Assembly (NCBI GenBank): GCA_965140345.1 | Contig: OZ223202.1 | Location: 50,093 to 114,092, forward strand | DNA length: 64,000 nt | From: Candidatus Kapaibacterium sp. | GTDB taxonomy: Bacteria > Bacteroidota > Ignavibacteria > Kapaibacteriales > UBA2268 | Reading direction: 5' to 3' | Shown here: positions 29,978-39,382 of the stretch, piece after piece | Numbering within the stretch: position 1 is the stretch's first letter | Layout of the letters: each line of letters opens with the position of its first letter | Translations under genes and position numbers: made by a program | Notes under the pieces: model-generated | The model's input: only the letters and a program-made list of their open reading frames with translations | The model's database searches: none | Told to the model about the DNA's origin: nothing

Positions 29978-30595
29978 TTAATACCTTATAAAGATAAAAA
30001 AGTTTATTCCGTTGCCAATAAATTCTCTATATATCATATCAAAAAATATAACCATTTTATTATTATCATCTACAAAATTTAAATCATAATACTGCCCTTT
30101 TAGAAACTGATTATAAAAATGATCATCGCCACATCTAAATTGAACAGATATTGCTTCAGACATACTACACCTGCAACCTGTATGTGGTAATTCGTGTTCT
30201 AAGTATACTTCTTCTTCAAAATAATAAGTTAATATGCTTGACCAGTCGTATAGAACAACATCATTTTCACAAGCACCATTTCCATTAATTCCGAAAGACT
30301 TCATATACATAGCACCTGAATCAATCCATAATACGAATTCTTCATCATCCTGACCTGAAAAATGCTTTATCAACATCAAAGTATCGATACCCGAAGATTG
30401 AAGATCACAAGCAAAAGTTTCCGCTAATACATCAATAGGAAAAGCACCTTCTCTATTATACATCCCATTATTGTGGTGAATCTTAAACTCACAATTTTGC
30501 ACTGATAGAGGCAGTTCTATGGATGCTTGCGAATCTTCAGCATCTAATACTGATAATTTAGCCAATAATATAAGTGTGATAAAAATATACTTCAT
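29978..30595 (-). CDS. Secreted hypothetical protein
   Basis: 205-aa ORF with signal peptide. Confidence 0.6.
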   Translation of the reverse strand: MKYIFITLILLAKLSVLDAEDSQASIELPLSVQNCEFKIHHNNGMYNREGAFPIDVLAETFACDLQSSGIDTLMLIKHFSGQDDEEFVLWIDSGAMYMKSFGINGNGACENDVVLYDWSSILTYYFEEEVYLEHELPHTGCRCSMSEAISVQFRCGDDHFYNQFLKGQYYDLNFVDDNNKMVIFFDMIYREFIGNGINFFIFIRY

Positions 30596-30747
30596 AACTA
30601 GCTTTTTCTTCTAATTAGTTTTATTACTAATGTACAAATTATTTCAAAAAAACATACATTATATGTTGATTCTTACTATATTTTTTTCATTTTTATTGTA
30701 ACTTTGTTTAGAATGATATTTGTTTTCGAAATTACAGGTATAAGTAA

Positions 30748-31617
30748 ATGAGTTACGATCTAGCGCTTTATAAAAAAATTAGTAGCAATGTAAGTAGTAA
30801 GGAAATAAAGGACTACTTGCTGGGAAATCCAAATTTTGAAGAAGAAGAATCTCAATTATTATACAGCAATCCTAGTACAGGAGTTTACTTTATTGCTGAC
30901 TTCACAGAAGAAATAGATTTCGAAGATGAAGATCTTGATGATGAAGACAGAGAAAATCTTAAAGGTTACGAAAGACTAAATATAAAAATCATACTAAACT
31001 TCATTAGAGCTGAATGTTTTGGTTTTGAGTGTTTTTCAGTTCTTAAAGAGCTTACAGAAAAATTTGATTTGTATATCTTAGACTTTCAGGGTGATATCAA
31101 GCCTATTCGTTTCAATTTCGAAGAGCAATTCAATGCATGGCTGAAAGTGAATAACCATTCTATTAAGTCTTATTTTGATGACTCAGGACATGTTTTCGTC
31201 GAACCTGAAAAAGCAAAACAAGTCTGGGAATACAACTATAATAAAAGAAAGCTTGAAAAAAAGTATGAAGATGTACATGTTGCTCAAATTGTATATGTAA
31301 AATTTGAAGATAAAGCAACTGTAAATACAATTGCAATTGTCGGTATTGATAGTGCAGTTATCCCAAAAGTTGATTTTCTGGTTTTTCCTTTTACCAAGAA
31401 AAAGTTATTTAAAAAAGTAGATGAAACCCGTATAGTCAAGTTTGAGGATTTCTTAAATAGTATAAAGAATGATTATCAAGACTTTGACAACTACATTTAT
31501 ATTCCTGACGATAAGTTAGATAATGTGATGGATACACTCTACTTTGAAACTAAATATCAATTATTAGATACTAACAATATTGTACCCTACGATAGTATCG
31601 TCAATGTCAAACCGTAA
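30748..31617 (+). CDS. Hypothetical protein
   Basis: 289-aa ORF with upstream -7 element; MSYDL...YSNPSTGVYF N-terminus. Confidence 0.65.
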   Translation: MSYDLALYKKISSNVSSKEIKDYLLGNPNFEEEESQLLYSNPSTGVYFIADFTEEIDFEDEDLDDEDRENLKGYERLNIKIILNFIRAECFGFECFSVLKELTEKFDLYILDFQGDIKPIRFNFEEQFNAWLKVNNHSIKSYFDDSGHVFVEPEKAKQVWEYNYNKRKLEKKYEDVHVAQIVYVKFEDKATVNTIAIVGIDSAVIPKVDFLVFPFTKKKLFKKVDETRIVKFEDFLNSIKNDYQDFDNYIYIPDDKLDNVMDTLYFETKYQLLDTNNIVPYDSIVNVKP

Positions 31618-31622
31618 ATCTT

Positions 31623-31663
31623 AAAAAAATCCCCTCTGATTTTCATATCTTTTCAGAGGGGAA
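31623..31663. terminator. Terminator between convergent genes
   Basis: TCCCCTCTGA / TCAGAGGGGA stem with flanking A run. Confidence 0.7.
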
Positions 31664-31674
31664 ATACATTAAAT

Positions 31675-33453
31675 TTACTGCTCTTCGCAAGAGTAACATT
31701 TTTGTGGATCATCTTCAATTTCGTCATAATCTGATTTATAAATTACCACCTCTACCCTACGATTGATTTTACTTAGCTCTTCAATTCTTTTTCCATTTGC
31801 GCTTATCTCATTAACCAGAGGCGAGCATTCTCCATACCTCACAACTTTAAACCTGTCTGCATAATTTGAACCTAACTGACCCAATAGCCAATTTTTGACA
31901 GATAAAGCTCTATCGAATGAAAGCTGGCAATTATATTCCTGAGAGGCCTCTTTGGAAGTGTGACCATTTACATAGATAAATGCCTTAGGATAATGTTTAA
32001 GTACCTGCTGAATCTTAGGTAAGGAATCACTCAGTAGCCTAATCGCCTCGCCATCTAAATCTTTGCAGTTCTGGCAGAAATTAATTGTCAGACGCACAGT
32101 ATCAGGCATACAGTTGCCTAAAGGCATATCGAAATACTGATACATATTGTCTGCTTCTTTTTCAAATACTATAATGTCTGGGATATAGCTTCTTTCGCCC
32201 ACCTGATCAGCATATACTCTATATTTCGCAGCTACCAGTTTCTGGAAATAAACTTCCCCGTCAGAATCGGAAAGTTGAGAACGTCCTGTAGGAATCCATC
32301 TACCGTCAACTTCCTGCTCCAGACTTATCAATACGCCCTGTAATGGATGCTTGCTTGCGCAGTCATAGACCAGTACTCCGATTTCTCCCGGAGGAGTATA
32401 TGGCGGAATAGGCGAAATATGATAAATATCCAGGTGCCTGTCTTTATCGCTTTTATTCTCTACTTCTACAGATTTTTTATCAGAGCAAAACACTGCTTGC
32501 TTTAAGTCAATTCTGAAAAAGCCATATTCATCCATGTCCGAATTTACCATATCGAATGCAGTTACTGTAGAATTTGGATCTTCTTTTGCCAGTTCTTCTA
32601 TTCTGTAAATTTTATCAAATTTCAGCCCTGTTTCATAATAAGAATCTGCCTGGCTTACAAACTTTTTGACACCTTCTATCTTTGTATAATATATATCAAA
32701 TCCGCCGAGCGCGCCGGGATGTTTGTAATTAGATGAGAAGAACAGATACTCTCCATTAATATCAATAACCGGAACTGTTTCATCAGCTGAAGTATTTACT
32801 ACATCCAGATTATAAGGACCTACCCAGCCTCTACCACGTATATACATATAATACCAGATATCATGGCTACCTTTAGATTTTATTATCCCTCTATCTGTTT
32901 TCATCTCTGAGGCGATTGAGCAGAAGAAAACATATCTCTTTGGGAATAGACTGAAATGTGACACCCAGGTATCACCAAAATCCTGCTTGATTTTAAATGC
33001 TAGTTGATTATCAACACCCATTACTTGTACAAGTTTATCGTAATATCTGATACTTTTAGTATTATTAGCTGTAGCAGGATGAGAGGCAGCCAAACCGAAC
33101 TCATCGCCAATTGTCAATGCGCTCATATTCTCTGCAAAAGTCTGCACATTAGTCAGATTCTCTATTAGATAATATGGTCTGCTGTCATTTTCAAAATTTC
33201 TCTTTTCTGTTGTTTCCAGGTCAGCATACATCAAGCTGGTGCTGCCATTTCCTTTCAAATCAGATCTACCGAAGTAAATTCTCCAGGGTTTACCTTTGCG
33301 AATGCCACGCTCACCAGTTTTAATAATAAAAGGAGTATATTCATCCAAATCTGTATTTATAGCTCTCAGAGGTACTTTTTTGGGTACTTCTTCCGCAGGT
33401 AAGCCGCTAAACAAAGCAAATGCAAAAAGCGCAATTATTCCTAAATATCTCAT
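31675..33453 (-). CDS. PD40 propeller + carboxypeptidase-regulatory-like + OmpA_C protein (PorE-like architecture)
   Basis: VNTSADE.P..LFFSSN..GGFDIY PD40 repeats; GHTS...YNCQLSFDRA...NRRVEV OmpA motif. Confidence 0.85.
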   Translation of the reverse strand: MRYLGIIALFAFALFSGLPAEEVPKKVPLRAINTDLDEYTPFIIKTGERGIRKGKPWRIYFGRSDLKGNGSTSLMYADLETTEKRNFENDSRPYYLIENLTNVQTFAENMSALTIGDEFGLAASHPATANNTKSIRYYDKLVQVMGVDNQLAFKIKQDFGDTWVSHFSLFPKRYVFFCSIASEMKTDRGIIKSKGSHDIWYYMYIRGRGWVGPYNLDVVNTSADETVPVIDINGEYLFFSSNYKHPGALGGFDIYYTKIEGVKKFVSQADSYYETGLKFDKIYRIEELAKEDPNSTVTAFDMVNSDMDEYGFFRIDLKQAVFCSDKKSVEVENKSDKDRHLDIYHISPIPPYTPPGEIGVLVYDCASKHPLQGVLISLEQEVDGRWIPTGRSQLSDSDGEVYFQKLVAAKYRVYADQVGERSYIPDIIVFEKEADNMYQYFDMPLGNCMPDTVRLTINFCQNCKDLDGEAIRLLSDSLPKIQQVLKHYPKAFIYVNGHTSKEASQEYNCQLSFDRALSVKNWLLGQLGSNYADRFKVVRYGECSPLVNEISANGKRIEELSKINRRVEVVIYKSDYDEIEDDPQKCYSCEEQ

Positions 33454-33464
33454 ATGCTTTACCT

Positions 33465-34385
33465 TTAGAAGTTATATTGAACACCAAATTTTATAGGAAT
33501 CATAGTTCCAAGTTCACGTTCCGAGATCCTAATATTTTCATTCAACATGCCCGTTCTGTCTACTATAGATTCATTTTCAATTGCATTAACTCCGCCCGGA
33601 CTATACTCTGCACCCAGAACAAAGGAAACCTGCTCAGCTAAGCGGAATTCAAAGTCAACTCCAACTGTCAAATGAAATACATTAGACATACCTTCAGAAG
33701 TTGATATTAATTTCTGTTCTCTTCTGCCATTAGTAAAAACAGCATTGCCTTCCATCATATCGGTTTCTTCAATTGTTACATCGTCAAAATTTAAAAGGTG
33801 GAATCGGATATTAGGATTGATTGCAAACCACTTATAATTTTCAGACCAAATCGAATAATTGATACCAAAATAGTAGTCTGTGTAGTCAAACTTATAGTTC
33901 ATTTCATGATCAATGTATTCTACACTGCTGCCAATATCATATTGTTTGTTGTTCGCCAAATCAATATCATAATCCAAAGAACCTTTCATTAATCCTGTCT
34001 CAAGCCAGAAGTTTTGGAATAGACCTTCGTTCACCGGAATTCTGATTTTGATATTCAAACCATATTTAAAATCTGAACCATTTAGCTTATTCCATTCATC
34101 ATAAATCAGATTGTTATTGTACGAGTTAAGTGTTTGATTCAAAGTTGCAGAAGCATAAGAGCCAAAAACTCCAATACTCAAAAAGCGAGGTTCATTATAC
34201 TTAACCGTATCTTTTTTAGAAGAAACGAGTGGACTATTCATAGCCTCATTTCTCACTCCGCCGGAGTTAATCTCTAAGGCATACACTCTTTTGTTTCTGT
34301 CAATATCTACTTCTTCTTGAGCGAATAGTGAATCTACAGACCCCATGATTAAGAAGAGACCAATCAGCATACCAATTTTTTTCAT
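33465..34385 (-). CDS. Outer-membrane beta-barrel protein
   Basis: Signal peptide, amphipathic strands, terminal FGVQYNF. Confidence 0.75.
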   Translation of the reverse strand: MKKIGMLIGLFLIMGSVDSLFAQEEVDIDRNKRVYALEINSGGVRNEAMNSPLVSSKKDTVKYNEPRFLSIGVFGSYASATLNQTLNSYNNNLIYDEWNKLNGSDFKYGLNIKIRIPVNEGLFQNFWLETGLMKGSLDYDIDLANNKQYDIGSSVEYIDHEMNYKFDYTDYYFGINYSIWSENYKWFAINPNIRFHLLNFDDVTIEETDMMEGNAVFTNGRREQKLISTSEGMSNVFHLTVGVDFEFRLAEQVSFVLGAEYSPGGVNAIENESIVDRTGMLNENIRISERELGTMIPIKFGVQYNF

Positions 34386-34512
34386 AACTTTTCCTTTAGG
34401 ATACTTTATATTCGTATTGATAACTAATTAAGATACGGTTTAATATTCCAATATGTTTCGAGGTAGGATTATTAACTAATGTGAAAGACTTTAAGAGGTG
34501 ACTCTAAATATA

Positions 34513-35085
34513 CTATTTATCATCTTCTTGAAGTATACTTAAAGCTCTATTAGCAGCATGGATAATAAATTCAGATTCTGTGGTATCATTTGCTATCTGA
34601 GTCAAGGTGGGGATTGCATCAGTAAAATCAATTTCCGCCAATCCACTTATGGCATATAGGCGATAATGATAATTTTTATTTTGTATCGCAATTTCTAGGA
34701 ATTTACCTATTTCATAGCCGGAATGGTGAATTGGTCTCTCAATCCAAGCTTCGCCCACATTTTGATTTGAAAAGACTTTATAATAATTATAAGCGCATTC
34801 TTTATCAACAAGAAATTGGATCGGAAAAAACAACAAAATCAAACCTAAAAGAGAAATCAAAAAGTACTTCCATTCCTGGTGGAAGAGCATCCTAAGATTA
34901 GAATACAACAAGTTAAAAAACAAGCTCCATAATATAAACTTGAACCAAAATATGCGGGACAGATCAGACTCTATCACAGATTCACCAAACCACACATAAT
35001 TCGATACATCAGTAACAACAAACCACCACACAACAACTATAATAGTTATAGTTAAATGCATGATGGTTTGTGGTTTTATAGTCAT
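34513..35085 (-). CDS. Membrane protein with C-terminal HEAT-like repeat
   Basis: Three TM segments; RLYAISGLAEI...AIPTL...AANRAL. Confidence 0.6.
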   Translation of the reverse strand: MTIKPQTIMHLTITIIVVVWWFVVTDVSNYVWFGESVIESDLSRIFWFKFILWSLFFNLLYSNLRMLFHQEWKYFLISLLGLILLFFPIQFLVDKECAYNYYKVFSNQNVGEAWIERPIHHSGYEIGKFLEIAIQNKNYHYRLYAISGLAEIDFTDAIPTLTQIANDTTESEFIIHAANRALSILQEDDK

Positions 35086-35122
35086 TTGTTTCTTTCCCGG
35101 AAATAAAGATTTTATTTATATA

Positions 35123-36121
35123 TTATTCTTCTTCAGCTTCATAATCTTCTTCTAAGTATTCTTCTTCATTGTCATATTCATCTTCCTCATCGAACTGCAT
35201 AGACAAACTAGTTGTTTCGACTTGTCTGGTAGGGCCTGCAACAACAGATCTAATATTTTCACAATAGACTATCCATCCACTATTCAAATCCATTTGGAAT
35301 TGCATTTTATCAGTAATTTCAAATACCGGAATTTTGTCCTCTAGTTCTTCCTCATTTTTATTAGCCAAAGCAGGCATGATTTTTTTGACAAAATCAAGAA
35401 CAAACTCTTTAGCTTTAACTTTATCGATTGTTTGAGTAATCTCTAACACACAATAACCATCTTCTTTATTTATCTCTGTTAACTCCAGTGAGTAAATTGC
35501 CGGAATCGGATTTCCACCAAAAGGATTAGGTAATTCAGATTCGAAAGACAACTTGTCATTTAAAGCATACTCCATACCATAAGGAGCGTGGTAAAGTTGA
35601 ACAGACTTAGCACTGGCTTCTACTTTTTCTTTTGAATCATATAAGCCAGTAATTAAAGCAAAAGCTTGTTGAACTCCTTGTTTATCTGGAATATTTGCTT
35701 TGACTGTATCCACCATTTTTTCAATATAATCACGAATATCCTGCCAATTTAGCAACTCCTGAAATTCACCCATTTCACTAATTTTATATTGATACTCTGA
35801 TCCACCCGTAAGACTAGTTAATAATAACAATACAGGATTTGAGTCACCTTCTATTGCTGTTTCTCCATAAGTTAGTGATATAGTATAATCTGTATCTGTG
35901 GATTCAACTACAGCCATAGATAAATCAGTATAAATATTAGTTTCTGATTTTAATGTATCACTGGAGTATTTGAGTTTTGACTTGTGCATCACAAAATCGT
36001 AACTGTCTCCTTTTTCCCAGTAAGTAATAAAGGTTACAGTGCTGTCATTTTTAAGATTGTTTGCTATGCCAGCTGTTGAGCTGCATATAACTAATAAAAT
36101 TGCAATCAATAAAGTTCTCAT
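35123..36121 (-). CDS. Secreted hypothetical protein with acidic tail
   Basis: Signal peptide; GAGGGG RBS; E/D-rich C-terminus. Confidence 0.7.
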   Translation of the reverse strand: MRTLLIAILLVICSSTAGIANNLKNDSTVTFITYWEKGDSYDFVMHKSKLKYSSDTLKSETNIYTDLSMAVVESTDTDYTISLTYGETAIEGDSNPVLLLLTSLTGGSEYQYKISEMGEFQELLNWQDIRDYIEKMVDTVKANIPDKQGVQQAFALITGLYDSKEKVEASAKSVQLYHAPYGMEYALNDKLSFESELPNPFGGNPIPAIYSLELTEINKEDGYCVLEITQTIDKVKAKEFVLDFVKKIMPALANKNEEELEDKIPVFEITDKMQFQMDLNSGWIVYCENIRSVVAGPTRQVETTSLSMQFDEEDEYDNEEEYLEEDYEAEEE

Positions 36122-36197
36122 TCATTCCCCTCTGTATAAAATATATTTAATAATTTTTATCTATCTAATTGCTTGATGCTCAAGGCACTTAACATCT

Positions 36198-36632
36198 CTA
36201 TTTGCTAGCTGCTATTTCGGTATTTCTATTATTTTTCCAAATAAATTTGCCAATTATAAACACAAGAAGCAGATATGGTAAAATATATACATAGCCGAAT
36301 ATCGCCTTCAGTGGCCAACCTATGCCGGACACACTTCTTATTAGGCTTTTTACTTCTTCCCTATTTTCCGGCAAGACATTGTCATACTCATGACCAGTTA
36401 CATGGAGTGCGTCAAAATCATATCCGTAATGTTTTAGAAGAATCATATCTGAATAATGGCTCCAAGCAGCAAAACTTGTCATCAGTAGCAACAAGGCAAA
36501 AGTGCCTAATGCAAAAAATTTAAATACTTTCGCCCTTGATTTTCTTTTATTTAAAATCTTTAAAATCAGAAACGGAGTAAATATGATTAATCCAAAGATT
36601 AATAAACTGCTTAATGTAATAAGTAATACCAT
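36198..36632 (-). CDS. Hypothetical membrane protein
   Basis: Three hydrophobic segments in 144 aa. Confidence 0.65.
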   Translation of the reverse strand: MVLLITLSSLLIFGLIIFTPFLILKILNKRKSRAKVFKFFALGTFALLLLMTSFAAWSHYSDMILLKHYGYDFDALHVTGHEYDNVLPENREEVKSLIRSVSGIGWPLKAIFGYVYILPYLLLVFIIGKFIWKNNRNTEIAASK

Positions 36633-36988
36633 GTTAAAATATCAGTTTTCAGAGTTCAAAATCAGTATTAATAATAAATCGATATTTCTAGCTTAACTGA
36701 ATCAGATACATACAATTTGCAGCAATAAGCCATATTGACAAGAAGTCAGACTATCCTGCCACTTTGTTTATCTATAAAAATACGAAAATGATTATTAATA
36801 ATAGACTTATATTTAGTAATATTTGCGCGAAAAGTACTTATTGAAAAAATATACAGTCTAAAATCTTTTAATAACACCTCTAAATATCCAGTTTCAAATA
36901 CTATTTCTGAACCGCTAGTCAACTTTTCCCATTCTTTTACGTATACTCCTTAAATTAATAATGAAGTAAAACTATACAAACGGTATTT

Positions 36989-38113
36989 ATGTCCGATAAG
37001 AATACTCAAGTCAAAATTAGACTTATCACCAGTGAAAAGAACTGGATTGAAACGGAAGCCATTGATCACCTGAAACATACTGCTGATTTGGAAGGAGTTG
37101 TAAAAGCTGTAGGATTGCCGGATATTCACCCCGGCAACGGCCATCCTGTTGGAGCTGCATTTGCAATAAAGGATTATATATATCCAAATATCATAGGAAA
37201 CGATATTGGATGTGGCATTGCTCTATTTCAGACTGACTTGAAAAAAGCAAAAATGAAAAGAGACAAATGGGTAAAAAAACTCAGCGGATTGGAAGATAAT
37301 TTTAAAGGCGATGTAAAACAAATACTTATGGATGAGGAAATCACACCGACAGAATATGATGATGCGTTAGGAACTATAGGTGGTGGTAATCACTTTGCAG
37401 AGCTGCAATCTATAGAGAAAGTTTATAATACAGAAGAGTTAAGTGCATTAGGTATTGATCCAAAAAATTTGATGTTAATGGTGCATAGCGGTACACGTTC
37501 TTATGGAGCAGCCATTTTCCAGGAACATGTTGACCTTGACAACACATTTGGTTTGAAAGCAGGAACTGATGAAGCAAATAGATACTTTAAGGAACATAAT
37601 AATGCTATCAAGTGGGCTCATACAAGCAGAAAACTTATCGCAGAAAGATTCTTAGAGCAGATTGGCTCTTCCTCTAATCTGATTGTAAACGTTGAGCATA
37701 ACTGCATTTCTAAAACTTATTTGCAAAATGAGGAATATTACATTCATAGGAAGGGAGCTGCCAGATCAGACAAGGGTGCTGTTGTTATAGCCGGTTCCAG
37801 AGGCACATATAGCTATTTAGTAAAACCTATTGGATTGCAGGAAGAAAATCTATTTTCACTTGCACATGGTGCAGGCAGGAAATGGAAAAGAAATAATTCC
37901 AAAGCTATTCTAGGTGAAAAATTTACAGTTGAAAAGATGCAGCAGACCGAACTTGGAAGTGTTGTTATATGCGAGGACAAAGATTTGCTATATGAAGAAG
38001 CACCGCAAGCATACAAAAATATTGAGCATATCATTTCTGCTCTGATTGATGCGGGAATAATCGAAGTTATAGCCCAGTTAAAACCAATAATAACTTATAA
38101 GGTGAGGAAATAA
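36989..38113 (+). CDS. rtcB: RtcB-family RNA ligase, PrfH-coupled (RtcB2)
   Basis: PDIHPG, DIGCG, GTIGGGNHFAE, HSGTR, HN, HRKGA, HGAGR, EEAPQAYK motifs; directly upstream of prfH. Confidence 0.95.
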   Translation: MSDKNTQVKIRLITSEKNWIETEAIDHLKHTADLEGVVKAVGLPDIHPGNGHPVGAAFAIKDYIYPNIIGNDIGCGIALFQTDLKKAKMKRDKWVKKLSGLEDNFKGDVKQILMDEEITPTEYDDALGTIGGGNHFAELQSIEKVYNTEELSALGIDPKNLMLMVHSGTRSYGAAIFQEHVDLDNTFGLKAGTDEANRYFKEHNNAIKWAHTSRKLIAERFLEQIGSSSNLIVNVEHNCISKTYLQNEEYYIHRKGAARSDKGAVVIAGSRGTYSYLVKPIGLQEENLFSLAHGAGRKWKRNNSKAILGEKFTVEKMQQTELGSVVICEDKDLLYEEAPQAYKNIEHIISALIDAGIIEVIAQLKPIITYKVRK

Positions 38114-38117
38114 TATA

Positions 38118-38741
38118 TTGAATTGGATACAAATTACATCCGGCAGATGCCCTATAGAATGTTGCTGGGTGGTGAAACAGGTACTTGAAGAAATTAAAAA
38201 AGAAGCCTCTGAGTCAAATATCAAAATAGATATTTTAGAAGCTGTCAGAGGTGACAAAAAAGGGACTTTAAAATCAGCTTTACTCAGCGTAGAAGGCGAG
38301 AATACAGAATCATTCTTGAACTCATGGGAAGGTACAATTCTTTGGATAGGTCAAAGTACTTACCGTAAACAGCATAAGAGAAAAAACTGGTATATTGGCG
38401 TAAACCGCTTAACAATGCCTAAGCCAACAGATTTTTCTGAGAAAGATATAAGATTTGAAACTACGCGAGCATCCGGTCCCGGCGGACAGAATGTAAACAA
38501 AGTAGAAACAGCCGTCCGAGCAACCCACATCCCAAGCGGCATATCCGTTCTGGCTAGTGAAGAACGTTCCCAGCTTCGAAACAAAAGCCTGGCTCTCACA
38601 CGCTTGTTTGATATACTCAAAAATATAGATAACAAAAAGCAACTTGATGCAGAACGTGATAGATGGCTAAACCATTGGGATCTGGAGCGTGGCAATCCTG
38701 TTAGAACTTATACCGGGGAGCAGTTTAGGAGGAAGGACTAG
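38118..38741 (+). CDS. prfH: Peptide chain release factor H
   Basis: GPGGQNVNK motif, HKRKNW, LERGNPVR; short RF lacking domain 1; next to rtcB. Confidence 0.95.
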   Translation: MNWIQITSGRCPIECCWVVKQVLEEIKKEASESNIKIDILEAVRGDKKGTLKSALLSVEGENTESFLNSWEGTILWIGQSTYRKQHKRKNWYIGVNRLTMPKPTDFSEKDIRFETTRASGPGGQNVNKVETAVRATHIPSGISVLASEERSQLRNKSLALTRLFDILKNIDNKKQLDAERDRWLNHWDLERGNPVRTYTGEQFRRKD

Positions 38742-38779
38742 GAAATTGTGGAATTAGATAATAATTTTATGGACAATCT

Positions 38780-39070
38780 TTGAATAAAGATGACATGGAA
38801 ATCAAAGAAGAATATTTTTTATGCATGCATTGTAAGCATTATAACAGATTTGATGGGAACTGCAAAGCTTTTCCTAATGGAGTAATGCCAACTGGAGAAC
38901 TTGACCTCAATGGTGACATTACAGAAGAAGAACAGATTTTGCATAAGCTTTGGCATACTGATGAAGATTTGCCACTTGAAGAATTTAAAGATGTATTCCA
39001 TAAACAACCAATCGAAGGGCAAGTTGGTAATTATGTGTTCGAATCAGTCTTGGAAAAAACAAAAAGGTGA
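38780..39070 (+). CDS. Small Cys/His protein (CxxCxH...CxAFP)
   Basis: CMHCKH...CKAFPNG...HKQP..GQ.G.YVFE pattern. Confidence 0.6.
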   Translation: MNKDDMEIKEEYFLCMHCKHYNRFDGNCKAFPNGVMPTGELDLNGDITEEEQILHKLWHTDEDLPLEEFKDVFHKQPIEGQVGNYVFESVLEKTKR

Positions 39071-39097
39071 AGATCTTCTAACTACTTATTAAAACGT

Positions 39098-39145
39098 AAA
39101 AAAAGAGCTAACTGTTTTTCTTACTAAACAATTAGCTCTTTCTTT
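39098..39145. terminator. Bidirectional terminator (downstream of the tRNA fragment on the minus strand)
   Basis: AAAGAGCTAA / TTAGCTCTTT stem with A and T runs. Confidence 0.75.
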
Positions 39146-39148
39146 AAG

Positions 39149-39162
39149 TGGGCCCGGAGGGA
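39149..39162 (-). mobile_element. att-like tRNA 3'-end fragment
   Basis: Minus strand TCCCTC-CGGGCCC-A fits T-stem 3' strand, acceptor 3' strand and discriminator of a tRNA starting GGGCCCG; GC-rich in AT-rich DNA, ~220 bp from the integrase. Confidence 0.7.
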
Positions 39163-39301
39163 CCATAAAAACGAAGGAATCAAATCAGATCAACAACTCA
39201 AAAAAGAATCTTAAATATATAGAATATCAATGATTTTAAACAAATATCGGCGGTATTCATGCTAACATTTATTTATGACACCTTATTTCCTCCTCAATTT
39301 G

Positions 39302-39324
39302 GTGCTACCCAAAGTGCTACCCAA
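39302..39324 (+). repeat. Tandem 11-bp direct repeat, putative integrase arm-type sites
   Basis: GTGCTACCCAA at 39302 and 39314, between the att fragment and the integrase. Confidence 0.65.
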
Positions 39325-39382
39325 TTCGTAGATAACTTCAACTTGGAATTCCTGACTTTTGCAATACTTTGTGAGGTTACTA

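Noticed and set aside
28400-36900. Integron cassette array
   Set aside because: No recurring attC-like (RYYYAAC...GTTRRRY) sites seen, orientations are mixed, and the integrase lacks IntI features.
39100-39240. Complete tRNA gene
   Set aside because: Only the last 14 nt fit; no TTCGA loop, anticodon arm or D arm upstream on the minus strand.
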